The notes under the pieces: model-generated
What the model was told of the DNA's origin: nothing
Databases searched by the model: none
The model's input: only the letters and a program-made list of their open reading frames with translations
From: Candidatus Latescibacterota bacterium
GTDB lineage: Bacteria; Latescibacterota; UBA2968; UBA8231
Direction: 5' to 3'
NCBI GenBank assembly: GCA_965217585.1
Contig: OZ244561.1
Span: forward strand, 2,368,001-2,432,000
DNA: 64,000 nt
In this document: in pieces, positions 54,934 to 64,000 of the stretch
Position numbering within the stretch: the first letter of the stretch is position 1
Layout of the letters: every line of letters begins with the position of its first letter
Position numbers and translations under genes: made by a program

Positions 54934-56844
54934 ATGAGCCAGTCCTGTATCAGCGACGCCTCCTCTCTCAAGCCTCCCCCAGCCGTTCTCGACGCCGCGC
55001 TGGCCCGGCTCGGCTTTGCGAGTTTTCTACCCGGCCAACGCGAGGCCATCGAAACCCTGCTCGCCACCAGTCGCCTGCTTTTGGTCGCCCCCACTGGCGG
55101 AGGCAAGAGCTTGACCTACCAGTTACCCGCGGCCCTCCTGCCGGGCACGGCCTTAGTGGTCTCGCCGCTCATCGCCCTGATGCACGATCAAGTCCAAGCG
55201 CTAGAGCGGCGCGGCCTTGCTGCCACGTACCTATCCTCGACTCTCGATGGCGACGAGTTGCGCCGCCGCATGTACGGGGTGGCCCAAGGCCAGTACAAGT
55301 TGGTCTATGCCGCGCCCGAGCGGCTGACCTTCTCCGGCTTCCGCGCGCTCCTGAGCCAGATCAAGTGCTCGCTTATTGCCGTGGACGAGGCCCACTGCAT
55401 CAGCGAGTGGGGCCACGACTTCCGGCCCGAATACTTGCAGATTGGCGAGCTGGTACGCGAGCTGCCCGACTGTCGGGTTCTCGCTTGCACCGCCACGGCC
55501 ACGCCGGTGGTGCGCGACGAGATCCTCGAGCGCCTCGGGCTACCGAGTGACACCCCGCAGCTAGTGCGCGGCTTTGCGCGGCCCAACCTCTCGCTGCGAG
55601 TTGCCGAAATCAACAGCGCCGCCGAACGCCGCCAGCAGATTGATGCACTGCTGGCCGAAGCACTCGGGGCACCCGACCAAAGGCCGGGTACCGCCATCGT
55701 CTATGCCCCTACCCGCAAGAGCACCGAGGAAGAAGCCGCCCGCCTCCAAGGGACTGGCTGGCGGGCGGGTGCCTATCACGCGGGCATGGCCGGGCCGGAC
55801 CGCGACGCCGTTCAGCGCGCCTTTATTCAAGACCAAACCCAAATCGTGGTGGCCACCAACGCCTTTGGCATGGGCATCGACCGCGCCGATGTGCGCGCCA
55901 TCGCCCATCTGGCCCCGCCCAACTCGATTGAAGCGTACTATCAGGAAGTAGGCCGCGCCGGGCGCGACGGCCAAGATGCCTCCTGCCTGCTGCTGGTCTC
56001 CCCGGGTGACATGGCGCTGCGCCGCCGCCTGATCGAAAGCGATGCCCTTGAGCAGACGGTGGTCCAGCACAAGTGGAATCTCTTTTTGGAACTGATGCGC
56101 TGGAGCGAGGGCGGCTCCTGTCGCCACGACGCGATTCTGCGCTACTTCGGCGACGAGGAAGAAACCCTCTCGGGCTGCGGCCGCTGCGACGTCTGCTGTA
56201 GTCTCTCCCATGCCGAGGCGGGCGACGCCACAGAGGTCGCCACTACCGTGCGCAAAGCCCTGTGCGCGGTCGCCCGTCTGCACAGACGCTATGGGATCCA
56301 AATGGCGGCTAAGCTCCTGCGCGGCACCGAGGACGCACGCCTCGCACGCGACGGCCTAGATCGGACCCCGACCTTTGGCACGCTCAAGGAGCATTCTGAA
56401 CGTTGGCTTTTGCAGCTTTTGCGCCGGCTAGTAACGGCCGGTTGGGTCGATTTCTCCGGTGGCGAGCGGCCGGTCGTCGTCCTCACGGAGGAAGGACGCC
56501 AAGTCATTCACGCCGAGCGACCCGTGCGCCTGCTGCTGCCGCCGAAGTCGGCCCCGCTTCCAGCAGCCCGCACCGCGCGCGTCCGTCCTCGCACCCCCGA
56601 TCCTGGCGAGGGATTCGACGAAAACGCCCAAGCCCTCTTCGATGCACTGCGCCATCACCGCATGACACTGGCCCGCGACGAAAAGGTTCCGCCCTACGTC
56701 ATCGCCAGCGACCGCACGCTCCGCGATATCGTCCTGCTGCGGCCTGCCAACCTCGAAGAACTCAAGCTGGCGCACGGCATTGGTCCGGCCAAGGCCGAAA
56801 AATACGGCGACGGCCTGCTAGCTATCGTCCAACAGGCCGCTTAA
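54934..56844 (+). CDS. recQ: RecQ family DNA helicase
   Basis: PTGGGKS, DEAHCISEWGHDFRP, YYQEVGRAGRDG, Zn Cys cluster, RQC and HRDC domains. Confidence 0.95.
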   Translation: MSQSCISDASSLKPPPAVLDAALARLGFASFLPGQREAIETLLATSRLLLVAPTGGGKSLTYQLPAALLPGTALVVSPLIALMHDQVQALERRGLAATYLSSTLDGDELRRRMYGVAQGQYKLVYAAPERLTFSGFRALLSQIKCSLIAVDEAHCISEWGHDFRPEYLQIGELVRELPDCRVLACTATATPVVRDEILERLGLPSDTPQLVRGFARPNLSLRVAEINSAAERRQQIDALLAEALGAPDQRPGTAIVYAPTRKSTEEEAARLQGTGWRAGAYHAGMAGPDRDAVQRAFIQDQTQIVVATNAFGMGIDRADVRAIAHLAPPNSIEAYYQEVGRAGRDGQDASCLLLVSPGDMALRRRLIESDALEQTVVQHKWNLFLELMRWSEGGSCRHDAILRYFGDEEETLSGCGRCDVCCSLSHAEAGDATEVATTVRKALCAVARLHRRYGIQMAAKLLRGTEDARLARDGLDRTPTFGTLKEHSERWLLQLLRRLVTAGWVDFSGGERPVVVLTEEGRQVIHAERPVRLLLPPKSAPLPAARTARVRPRTPDPGEGFDENAQALFDALRHHRMTLARDEKVPPYVIASDRTLRDIVLLRPANLEELKLAHGIGPAKAEKYGDGLLAIVQQAA

Positions 56845-56867
56845 CTCGCTCGTCTGGAGAACGTTTC

Positions 56868-57839
56868 ATGGCTACAATTCGCTGGGGCATCATTGGCTGC
56901 GGCGACGTTACAGAAGTAAAGAGCGGCCCAGCCCTGTATAAAACCCGCGATTCCGCGCTAGTGGCGGTCATGCGACGCGACGCGGACAAGGCCCGTGACT
57001 ATGCCGAGCGCCACGACGTACCCAGATGGTACGATCAAGCCGACGCACTCATCAGCGACCCGGACGTCGATGCGGTCTATATCGCGACGCCTCCCGACAC
57101 CCACGCTTACTACACGGCCCAAGTCGCCCGAGCCGGCAAACCTGTTTACGTCGAAAAGCCAATGGCGCGCAACCACGGCGAGTGCTTGGCGATGATCAAC
57201 GCCTGCCGCCGGGTCGGGGTGCCGCTTTTCGTCGCCTACTACCGCCGCGCCCTGCCCGCCTTTCTCAAGGTCAAGTCGCTGGTCGAGGAAGAGGCCATCG
57301 GCGCGGTGCGCTTCGCCTCCATCGCACTCTGCCAACCCGCGTCAGAGGATCCCGACGACCTGCCCTGGCGCGTCATCCCAGAGGTCTCGGGCGGTGGCCA
57401 CTTCTTCGACCTAGCCTCGCACCAACTCGACTTCCTCGACTTTCTGCTCGGCCCCATCGCCCACGCCTCGGGCCACGCGACCAACCAAGCCAAGCTCTAC
57501 CAAGCCGAAGACGCCGTTGCCGCCAGCTTCGCATTCGAGTCCGGCGCACTCGGCGCAGGAGTCTGGAACTTCGCCTCCGACCAGCGCTGCGACCGAATCG
57601 AAATCGTCGGCGACAAGGGCCGGATCGCCTTTTCCACGTTCGCCTTCACCCCGGTCGAATGGACTACCAACGCCGGAACCCAAACCCTTGCCATCGACCC
57701 GCCCCAACACGTCCAGCAACCCCTGATCCAAACGGTAATTAATGCCCTGTTGGGCCGGGGCGAATGCCCCAGCACCGGCGCAAGCGCCGCCCGCACTAGC
57801 CGGATCATGGACCAAATCGTCCACGGCCATGCCGCCTAA
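56868..57839 (+). CDS. Gfo/Idh/MocA oxidoreductase
   Basis: WGIIGCG, YIATPP, EKP and DLASHQLD motifs. Confidence 0.92.
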   Translation: MATIRWGIIGCGDVTEVKSGPALYKTRDSALVAVMRRDADKARDYAERHDVPRWYDQADALISDPDVDAVYIATPPDTHAYYTAQVARAGKPVYVEKPMARNHGECLAMINACRRVGVPLFVAYYRRALPAFLKVKSLVEEEAIGAVRFASIALCQPASEDPDDLPWRVIPEVSGGGHFFDLASHQLDFLDFLLGPIAHASGHATNQAKLYQAEDAVAASFAFESGALGAGVWNFASDQRCDRIEIVGDKGRIAFSTFAFTPVEWTTNAGTQTLAIDPPQHVQQPLIQTVINALLGRGECPSTGASAARTSRIMDQIVHGHAA

Positions 57840-57969
57840 ACCCCCCGTCCTCGACGTTCCAATCTGACAACTTTGCGATCAACGCTTGGGCGAGAGCCTA
57901 AATTTTCTTATTTATATAAACTTGCTCTTGCACGCATTCCACTTAACTCGCACCTAAAGGGGGTTCGAC

Positions 57970-59262
57970 ATGCTGGTTCGCAGAAAGTGGGGCCTCCTTG
58001 CCCTGCTGGCTCTTATCTTTTTTGCAGTCCCCAATGCTAGCTTCGCCCAAGACAAGCTCGACTCCGGCGACACGGCTTGGATCCTGATTTCCACCGGCTT
58101 AGTTCTCTTTATGATGATCCCCGGCTTGGCCATGTTTTACGCCGGTCTGGTTCGCACCCGCAACGTGCTCTCGGTCTTTATGCACTGCTTTGGGATTGCG
58201 GCCCTGATCACTATCCTATGGACCATTTTCGGCTACAGCTTGGCCTTTACGGCCAACAACCCCTTTATCGGCGGCCTGTCCAAGTCCTTTCTCAGCGGCG
58301 TTACTGTGGATAGCCTCTCGGGCACCATCCCGGAATTGCTGTTCTTCGTCTTTCAGATGACGTTTGCCATTATCACCCCCGGGCTTTTCGTCGGTGCCTT
58401 TGCCGAGCGCATGAAGTTTTCGGCCGTGTTGTGGTTCAGTGGGCTGTGGTGCGTTTTGGTTTATCTGCCCATCACGCACATGGTCTGGGGAGAAGGCGGC
58501 TACTTGGGCGCAATGGGCGTCTTCGACTTTGCCGGCGGCATCGTCGTCCACATCACCGCCGGGGCGGCCGCGTTGGTAGCCGCGATCGTCGTCGGCAAGC
58601 GCGCTGGCTATCCCGAGCATCCCAGGCCCCCGCACAACATGACCATGAACCTCGTCGGCACGGCCATGCTCTGGGTTGGGTGGTTCGGCTTCAATGGCGG
58701 CAGTGCCTTGGCGGCTAATGGGCAGGCGGCTATGGCGGTCGTGGTCACCCAAATCTCGCCCAGCGTCGCGGCGCTGACTTGGATTTTTATCGAGTGGATC
58801 AAAAACGGCAAACCCAGTGCACTCGGCTTTGCCACCGGTGCCATCGCTGGCCTAGCGGCCATTACCCCGGCCTCGGGCACAGTGGGGCCGCTCGGCGCTT
58901 TTGCCATCGGCCTGTGCTCCGGTGTCGTCGCTTATTGGGCCGCCACTTGGCTCAAGCGCACCTGCGGGTACGACGACGCGCTCGACGTAGTGGGGGTTCA
59001 CGGCTTCGGCGGCTTGGTCGGGGTTCTGCTGGTGTCCTTCTTCGCCTCGACCGCCTTGGGCGGCACCGTCGAGGGCTTAAACATGGGCAAGCAGTTCGGC
59101 ATCCAGGCCTTCGCCGCTATCGGCGCGGCCGTTTATACCCTAGTCGTCTCGTTTGTCATTCTCAAGGTAATCGACAAAGTCAGCGGCCTGCGCGTAGATG
59201 AGAATACCGAGGCCGATGGGCTCGACGTGAGTGAGCACGGCGAAGCAGGATACGATCTATAG
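57970..59262 (+). CDS. amtB: Ammonium transporter
   Basis: FQMTFAII, DFAGGIVVH, WFGFNGGS and DDALDVVGVHG motifs. Confidence 0.96.
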   Translation: MLVRRKWGLLALLALIFFAVPNASFAQDKLDSGDTAWILISTGLVLFMMIPGLAMFYAGLVRTRNVLSVFMHCFGIAALITILWTIFGYSLAFTANNPFIGGLSKSFLSGVTVDSLSGTIPELLFFVFQMTFAIITPGLFVGAFAERMKFSAVLWFSGLWCVLVYLPITHMVWGEGGYLGAMGVFDFAGGIVVHITAGAAALVAAIVVGKRAGYPEHPRPPHNMTMNLVGTAMLWVGWFGFNGGSALAANGQAAMAVVVTQISPSVAALTWIFIEWIKNGKPSALGFATGAIAGLAAITPASGTVGPLGAFAIGLCSGVVAYWAATWLKRTCGYDDALDVVGVHGFGGLVGVLLVSFFASTALGGTVEGLNMGKQFGIQAFAAIGAAVYTLVVSFVILKVIDKVSGLRVDENTEADGLDVSEHGEAGYDL

Positions 59263-59289
59263 TTCGCGGCCCAATGACTCGCCGCTTAG

Positions 59290-60144
59290 ATGAAGGGCTC
59301 CATGGATGCTTCTTGCTTGCAGTATGCGTTGACCGAGGCTGAACGCCTAGAGTTCGCCCAGCGCGGCTACATCGTCTTCGACGAGATGCTGCCTCCCGAC
59401 GTGGTTGACGCACTCGTGGAAGTCTCCGACCGGATTGACGCCGAAGAGCGCCAAAAGCGCGGCGTCGGGCCCTACAACCGGCTGACCGTCCGCGACATGG
59501 TTTGGCGCGACGAGCGCTACCTAGACTTGGTCGATTGGCCCCGAGCACTGCCCAAAATCTGGGGAACACTCGGCTGGAATATCCAGATTTACCACACCGT
59601 CCTCGCCTACAGCCCGGCCGCAGAGCCTAGCAACCACCAAGTCAAGATGCAGGGCTGGCACCAAGACTCGGACCGCGTCAACCACGAGATCGAGTCCAGC
59701 CCCCGGCCGCGGATCTCGGTCAAGATGGCCTATTTCCTCAGCGACTGTTCGGCAGCAGGCCGCGCCAACTTCTGGGTCGTGCCCGGCAGCCATTTGCTGG
59801 ATACGTATGAGATCCCCAACGACGGCACTTTGCCCCGCAACGCCGTCCCCGTGCTGGTGCCGCAGGGCGGTGCGGTGCTCTTCGACCGCCGGATCTGGCA
59901 CTCGGCCAGTTCCAATGTCTCCGCTATCGCCCGTAAGGCGCTCTTCTACGGCTACTCTTATCGCTGGCTCCGCCCCCGCGACGACCAGACCGTCGAACAC
60001 CTTTTTAAGCGCTCTGATCCGATCCGCCGCCAGCTACTGGGGTACGCGCCTAGCGGTGGCTACGGTTACACCTCGCCCACCGATGAGGACGTGCCACTGC
60101 GCGTCTTTCTGCGCCAACATCTCGGTGCCGAAGCCGCCGCCTGA
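59290..60144 (+). CDS. PhyH family dioxygenase
   Basis: FAQRGY, WHQD, VPGSH and IWH motifs. Start may be 59302. Confidence 0.9.
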   Translation: MKGSMDASCLQYALTEAERLEFAQRGYIVFDEMLPPDVVDALVEVSDRIDAEERQKRGVGPYNRLTVRDMVWRDERYLDLVDWPRALPKIWGTLGWNIQIYHTVLAYSPAAEPSNHQVKMQGWHQDSDRVNHEIESSPRPRISVKMAYFLSDCSAAGRANFWVVPGSHLLDTYEIPNDGTLPRNAVPVLVPQGGAVLFDRRIWHSASSNVSAIARKALFYGYSYRWLRPRDDQTVEHLFKRSDPIRRQLLGYAPSGGYGYTSPTDEDVPLRVFLRQHLGAEAAA

Positions 60145-61157
60145 TGCGGGCGTTGGTAACCGGAGGCACCGGCTTTGTCGGCGGTGCCTTGGTCCGTGCC
60201 CTCGTCGCTGGCGGCGCGCAAGTCCGGGTGCTGGCGCGACCCACTAGCCAGACTGAGGCGCTGGAGGACCTAGGCGTCGAAATCGTCCGCGGCGACATCC
60301 TCGTCCGCACGAGTATCGAAGCCGCGCTCGAAGGGTGCGACACTCTCTTCCACGCCGCGGCTCTCTACGACTTGTGGGGGTTGGACGAGGCCGAACTCTT
60401 GGCCACTGAAACCGAGGGGACCCGCAACGCCATGGAGGCGTCGTTGGCGGCTGGCGTCGCCAAGCTCGTCTATACCAGCACTGCCGTCTGTATTGGCGAG
60501 GCCAAAGGCCAAGTCGGCACCGAGACAACGGCCCATCGCGGCTACTTCCTCTCAAGTTATGAAAAGGCCAAACATGCAGCCGAGCAGGTGGCGTTCACGT
60601 ATGTGGACAAAGGAGTGCCGCTCATCTGCGTCCAGCCCGCTGCCATCTACGGCCCGGGCGACCGCAAGCCCACCGGACGCTTTATCATTAACCTGCTCAA
60701 CGGTCGGGTCCCCGCGCTTTTCCCCGGCTGGGTGAGCTTGGTGTACATTGACGACGCGGCTCGGGGGCACGTGCTGGCGGCTGAAAATGGCCGGGTCGGG
60801 GAACGCTATATACTCGCGGGCACGGTCGGCAAATTGACCGAACTCGGCCGACTGGTCTGTCGGTTAGCCGGGTGCTGGTCGCCGCCGACCATTCCCGCTC
60901 CACTGGCCGCACCCTACGCGCTCGGCGGCGAGGCTCTTTCGCGCCTGACCCGCAGACCGCCGGTCCTGTCGTGGGAAACCTACCGCCTCGCCGCGCACGG
61001 CTTCCGCGCCGACGGAAGCCGTGCCACCGCTGAGTTGGGCCTAGCCTATACGGACCAAGAGGAAGGGTTGACGCGGACGATCAACTGGTACTGGGAGCAG
61101 GGCTTGCTTAGACGCCGACCGGCCTGTTTCCGCGATCCGCAATTTACCTACAGATGA
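60144..61157 (+). CDS. NAD-dependent epimerase/dehydratase (dihydroflavonol reductase/HpnA-like)
   Basis: TGGTGFVG, HAAA and YEKAK motifs. Confidence 0.9.
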   Translation: MRALVTGGTGFVGGALVRALVAGGAQVRVLARPTSQTEALEDLGVEIVRGDILVRTSIEAALEGCDTLFHAAALYDLWGLDEAELLATETEGTRNAMEASLAAGVAKLVYTSTAVCIGEAKGQVGTETTAHRGYFLSSYEKAKHAAEQVAFTYVDKGVPLICVQPAAIYGPGDRKPTGRFIINLLNGRVPALFPGWVSLVYIDDAARGHVLAAENGRVGERYILAGTVGKLTELGRLVCRLAGCWSPPTIPAPLAAPYALGGEALSRLTRRPPVLSWETYRLAAHGFRADGSRATAELGLAYTDQEEGLTRTINWYWEQGLLRRRPACFRDPQFTYR

Positions 61158-62262
61158 AAGCCGAATTGCCCATACCTTCCCCTCGGATCACTTGGCGGGG
61201 CGTCACCTTGGCCGGAGTGGGCTGGGTCCTCTACTCTCTCGCCTTCGCCGCATATTTTGCACAGGTGGTGCAAATACCCTTTCCGACGGCAGTTTTCCAC
61301 CAACTCCAAGGCAACGCGATACTGGCCCTGCTCAGCATTCCCGTCTGGCTTTTGACGGTCCGCCGGATGGATCGGGCGGGCTGGGGTTGGAAAATCGCCG
61401 TTCACGCGCTCATCGCCCCTCTTTATGCGGTCGGCGGCTTTGAAGCGATTGCTTGGTGGGTCCACTTAGCGGCTGGGCCGACTGCGGCCCAGCAGATGCG
61501 CGACTTCAGCCAATGGACCCTGCTGGGCTTTTTCTTTACGTACCTTGTGCAGTTTTCCTTTTACCACATCGTGCGTTCGGCCCAGCAGATACGCTGGCGC
61601 GAAAGACAGACCGCCGACTTGCTCGCTCTCACCCGCGAGCAAGAACTGGCCATTCTCAAAGCCCAACTCAATCCCCACTTTCTTTTTAATACTCTCAACG
61701 GCATCAGTGCAATGGTCACCCACGACCCGGAGGAGGCGCGCCACATGATCGCCCGCCTAGCCGAACTCCTGCGCTACGCCACCGACAGTTCCGAACGACC
61801 GCTGGTCCCGTTGCGCGAAGAAGTGGCGTTCATTCAAGCCTATGTGCAGTTAGAGCAGAAACGCCTAGCCGAACGGCTAAGCGTCGAACTAGACATTGAC
61901 TCCGAAGCCCTCGACGCTCCCATACCTCCAATGATCCTCCAATCCCTGGTGGAAAACGCCATCAAGCACGGCATCGCTCCCACACTGGAAGGAGGCAAAC
62001 TGCTCGTCCAGATTCGGGCTGCTAAGGGGCTTTGCTCGTCCAGATTCGGGCTGCTAAGGGGCTTTTGCGGTTCATCGTGCGAGATACGGGGATTGGTGTA
62101 AACGGCCGGTCTCTGGAGGAGTTGAAAGTGCTGGGAACCGGCTTGAAAAACAGCGATGAACGCCTGCGGCACCTCTTTGGTGAAGAGGGACAGCTCAGAT
62201 TACAGACGCCCGCTGGTGGTGGTTTCCAAATCGATTTTTCCCTGCCCTTGGAGTCGCAGTAA
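61154..62262 (+). pseudogene. LytS/YehU-type sensor histidine kinase, frameshifted by a 32-bp duplication
   Basis: QLNPHFLFNTLN and LVENAIKHG in one frame; the RDTGIG and GTGLKN boxes in another. Removing one repeat copy gives a 1077-nt intact frame. Confidence 0.88.
62001..62064 (+). repeat. Perfect 32-bp tandem duplication
   Basis: tgctcgtccagattcgggctgctaaggggctt at 62001-62032 and 62033-62064. Confidence 0.95.
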
Positions 62263-62984
62263 TGAGAGCTCTCATCGTCGACGACGAACCCCTTGCCCGC
62301 CAGTTGATCCGTGAGTATCTGGCCGATTTCCCGCAGATCCAAGTGCTAGCTGAATGCGGCGACGGGGAAAACGCGGTAAAAACCATAAACGCCGAACGAC
62401 CCGACCTCGTTTTCCTCGATGTGCAAATGCCGGGGCTCTCCGGTTTCGAGATCTTGGGGCAGCTCGACTTCATGCCTGCCATCGTCTTTTCCACCGCCTA
62501 TGACAAGTTTGCTTTGCGCACCTTTGAGATCAACGCCGTCGACTACTTGCTCAAACCCTACGAACGGGAGCGCTTCGCCCAAGCCGTACGTCGAGCATTG
62601 GAGCGCAAGGGGCGCATCAACCTCGATTCCTTCCAGGGCCTGTTGCGACAAACGACCACCCAGGACCGCTTCCTCATTCGCGTCGGCCGCCAAATCGTTC
62701 CGGTGGCGACGGAGGATATTCTGTGGATCGAAGCCGCCGGGGACTACGCCAAGCTGCACGCTATCGACAGAAGCCACCTGTGCGGCGTGGGGCTAGGTGA
62801 TTTAGAAAAAAGGCTCGACCCGCGCCGCTTCCTGCGCGTCCACCGCTCCGCCATCGTCGCCGTAAACGCGATCGCGCACCTCGAAAGCGACGGTGAAGGT
62901 GGTTATGTCGCCACGCTTAGAAACGGTGCGCGAGTGCGGGTCAGCCGATCTCGCGCCGACCAGATACGGCACCTCATCGTCTGA
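62262..62984 (+). CDS. LytTR family response regulator
   Basis: IVDDEPLAR, FLDVQMP, DYLLKP and FLRVHRSAIV motifs. Confidence 0.95.
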   Translation: MRALIVDDEPLARQLIREYLADFPQIQVLAECGDGENAVKTINAERPDLVFLDVQMPGLSGFEILGQLDFMPAIVFSTAYDKFALRTFEINAVDYLLKPYERERFAQAVRRALERKGRINLDSFQGLLRQTTTQDRFLIRVGRQIVPVATEDILWIEAAGDYAKLHAIDRSHLCGVGLGDLEKRLDPRRFLRVHRSAIVAVNAIAHLESDGEGGYVATLRNGARVRVSRSRADQIRHLIV

Positions 62985-64000
62985 CATTTTTCTCGTCGAG
63001 CTTCGCCAAAAATGTCTGTAATTCGCCCCACGACTCAGCGCGAGCGCGAGCGGTGGCAGCCGGAGTCCCGCCCATGACATAGGGAATCGCTTCAATCTGG
63101 TGGCGAACTTCCTCGTAGCCGGTCCCCACCATCGCATGTCCTGCCCCCTCGTACTGCACATGGCGGTAGGCATGGGGAAATGCGTTCGCGTCGAGTCTGG
63201 CGATCACCATTTCGCTCATGCGGCTGCCAGGCCAAAGCTGATCATCTCCGGCCGACAGGAGCAAGATATCCCCCTGGATACGCTCTGCGGGGATGGCCGC
63301 CTTGGCAACCGCTTCCGAGTCGTCCAAGGCGGCCGCGTAGAGTGAAAATACATTGATCTTCTCGGGCTGACCTGCGGCGAATTGCGCGTTGAATTCCGGC
63401 GTGTAAGCGTAGGGAAGGAAATCGAGCGGCTTGCCCTCGTACGACCACGAAGACTTCACCGAATTCCAGTCCACGCGGTTGAGGCCCTGGAACACAACCG
63501 ACGCTGGCACGTAGGCGACTACTGCTTGGATTTGCGGGAACGTCGCGCCCAGCAAGAGCGCCAGTTCAGCTCCCTTCGAGGCACCGACGACGCAGAGCTT
63601 GTTGTCTTTGATCTCCTCCCGGCGCTGCAACCAACCGATCGCCCGCTGGAAATATTCTAGGGGAATCTCTTCCAACTCCTCCGGCAAGCCCTCTGCTCCG
63701 AAGTAGGCGAGGGCGAAGACCGCATAGCCCTTGGTTGCCAAGAGGCTACCTAAGTAGCCCCCGATTCCCATCCCACCTTCGGAACCACCAAGCCAAATTA
63801 CCGTCGTCTTTCTAGTGTTATCGGGCGGCAGAATCAGACGGCCCACCAGTCCTTCTTCCCGCACCTCCTTGAAGGACAGATCCGGAGAATGGATGTAGAA
63901 TGAACGGCTCGTTCTATCTAGTATCTCACCTTTGACCTCCAAGGCGAAATACGCGGTATTAGGCGCTGGACTGACCTTCTTGCCCAGCGTCTCCCGGACC
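62974..64000 (-). CDS. Acyl-CoA thioester hydrolase/BAAT C-terminal domain alpha/beta hydrolase (5' end probably outside the window)
   Basis: GGSEGG, GASKGAELAL nucleophile motif, DDQLWP and GAGH. The frame appears open to the window edge. Confidence 0.88.
   Translation of the reverse strand, partial: VRETLGKKVSPAPNTAYFALEVKGEILDRTSRSFYIHSPDLSFKEVREEGLVGRLILPPDNTRKTTVIWLGGSEGGMGIGGYLGSLLATKGYAVFALAYFGAEGLPEELEEIPLEYFQRAIGWLQRREEIKDNKLCVVGASKGAELALLLGATFPQIQAVVAYVPASVVFQGLNRVDWNSVKSSWSYEGKPLDFLPYAYTPEFNAQFAAGQPEKINVFSLYAAALDDSEAVAKAAIPAERIQGDILLLSAGDDQLWPGSRMSEMVIARLDANAFPHAYRHVQYEGAGHAMVGTGYEEVRHQIEAIPYVMGGTPAATARARAESWGELQTFLAKLDEKNVRR

Noticed and set aside
56403-56867. N-terminal extension of the 478-aa ORF
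   Set aside because: It overlaps recQ; the Gfo/Idh/MocA fold begins at ATG 56868 after a GGAG RBS.
62032-62262. Independent 76-aa gene
   Set aside because: It is the out-of-frame C-terminus of the histidine kinase created by the duplication.

Overview
GC-rich bacterial window with about 50 genes. The gene content (six PhyH-family dioxygenases, an FN3/LRR surface protein, a secreted protein with a 'TPNGDGVND' C-terminal domain) suggests a Latescibacterota/Gemmatimonadota-like organism, possibly a sponge symbiont; this is inference only. The standout is a two-gene minus-strand operon at 5234-9073. It has an ECF-type promoter (TGAACC-N16-CGTC), then an ECF sigma factor that overlaps by ATGA a 1057-aa single-chain miniature RpoB-RpoC fusion, then an intrinsic terminator. 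The fusion keeps the DFDGD metal triad, the beta catalytic residues and the sigma2-binding clamp helices, but appears to lack the beta flap, the beta' Zn-binding domain and the trigger loop. Other notable items are a poly-C16 leader/attenuator-like region upstream of the LRR adhesin, a HisG-HisE fusion, attC-like repeats around short cassette-like genes, two AT-richer islands (29.4-31.8 kb, 37.3-39.9 kb) containing gene remnants, and a 32-bp tandem duplication that frameshifts a LytS-type kinase. The rest is housekeeping or metabolic (topB, tag, comM, EndoQ-UvrD, rfbA, oadGBA, birA, phoX, recQ, amtB). No rRNA, tRNA, CRISPR array or intact transposase was recognised. All family calls come from motif recognition by eye, not database searches.
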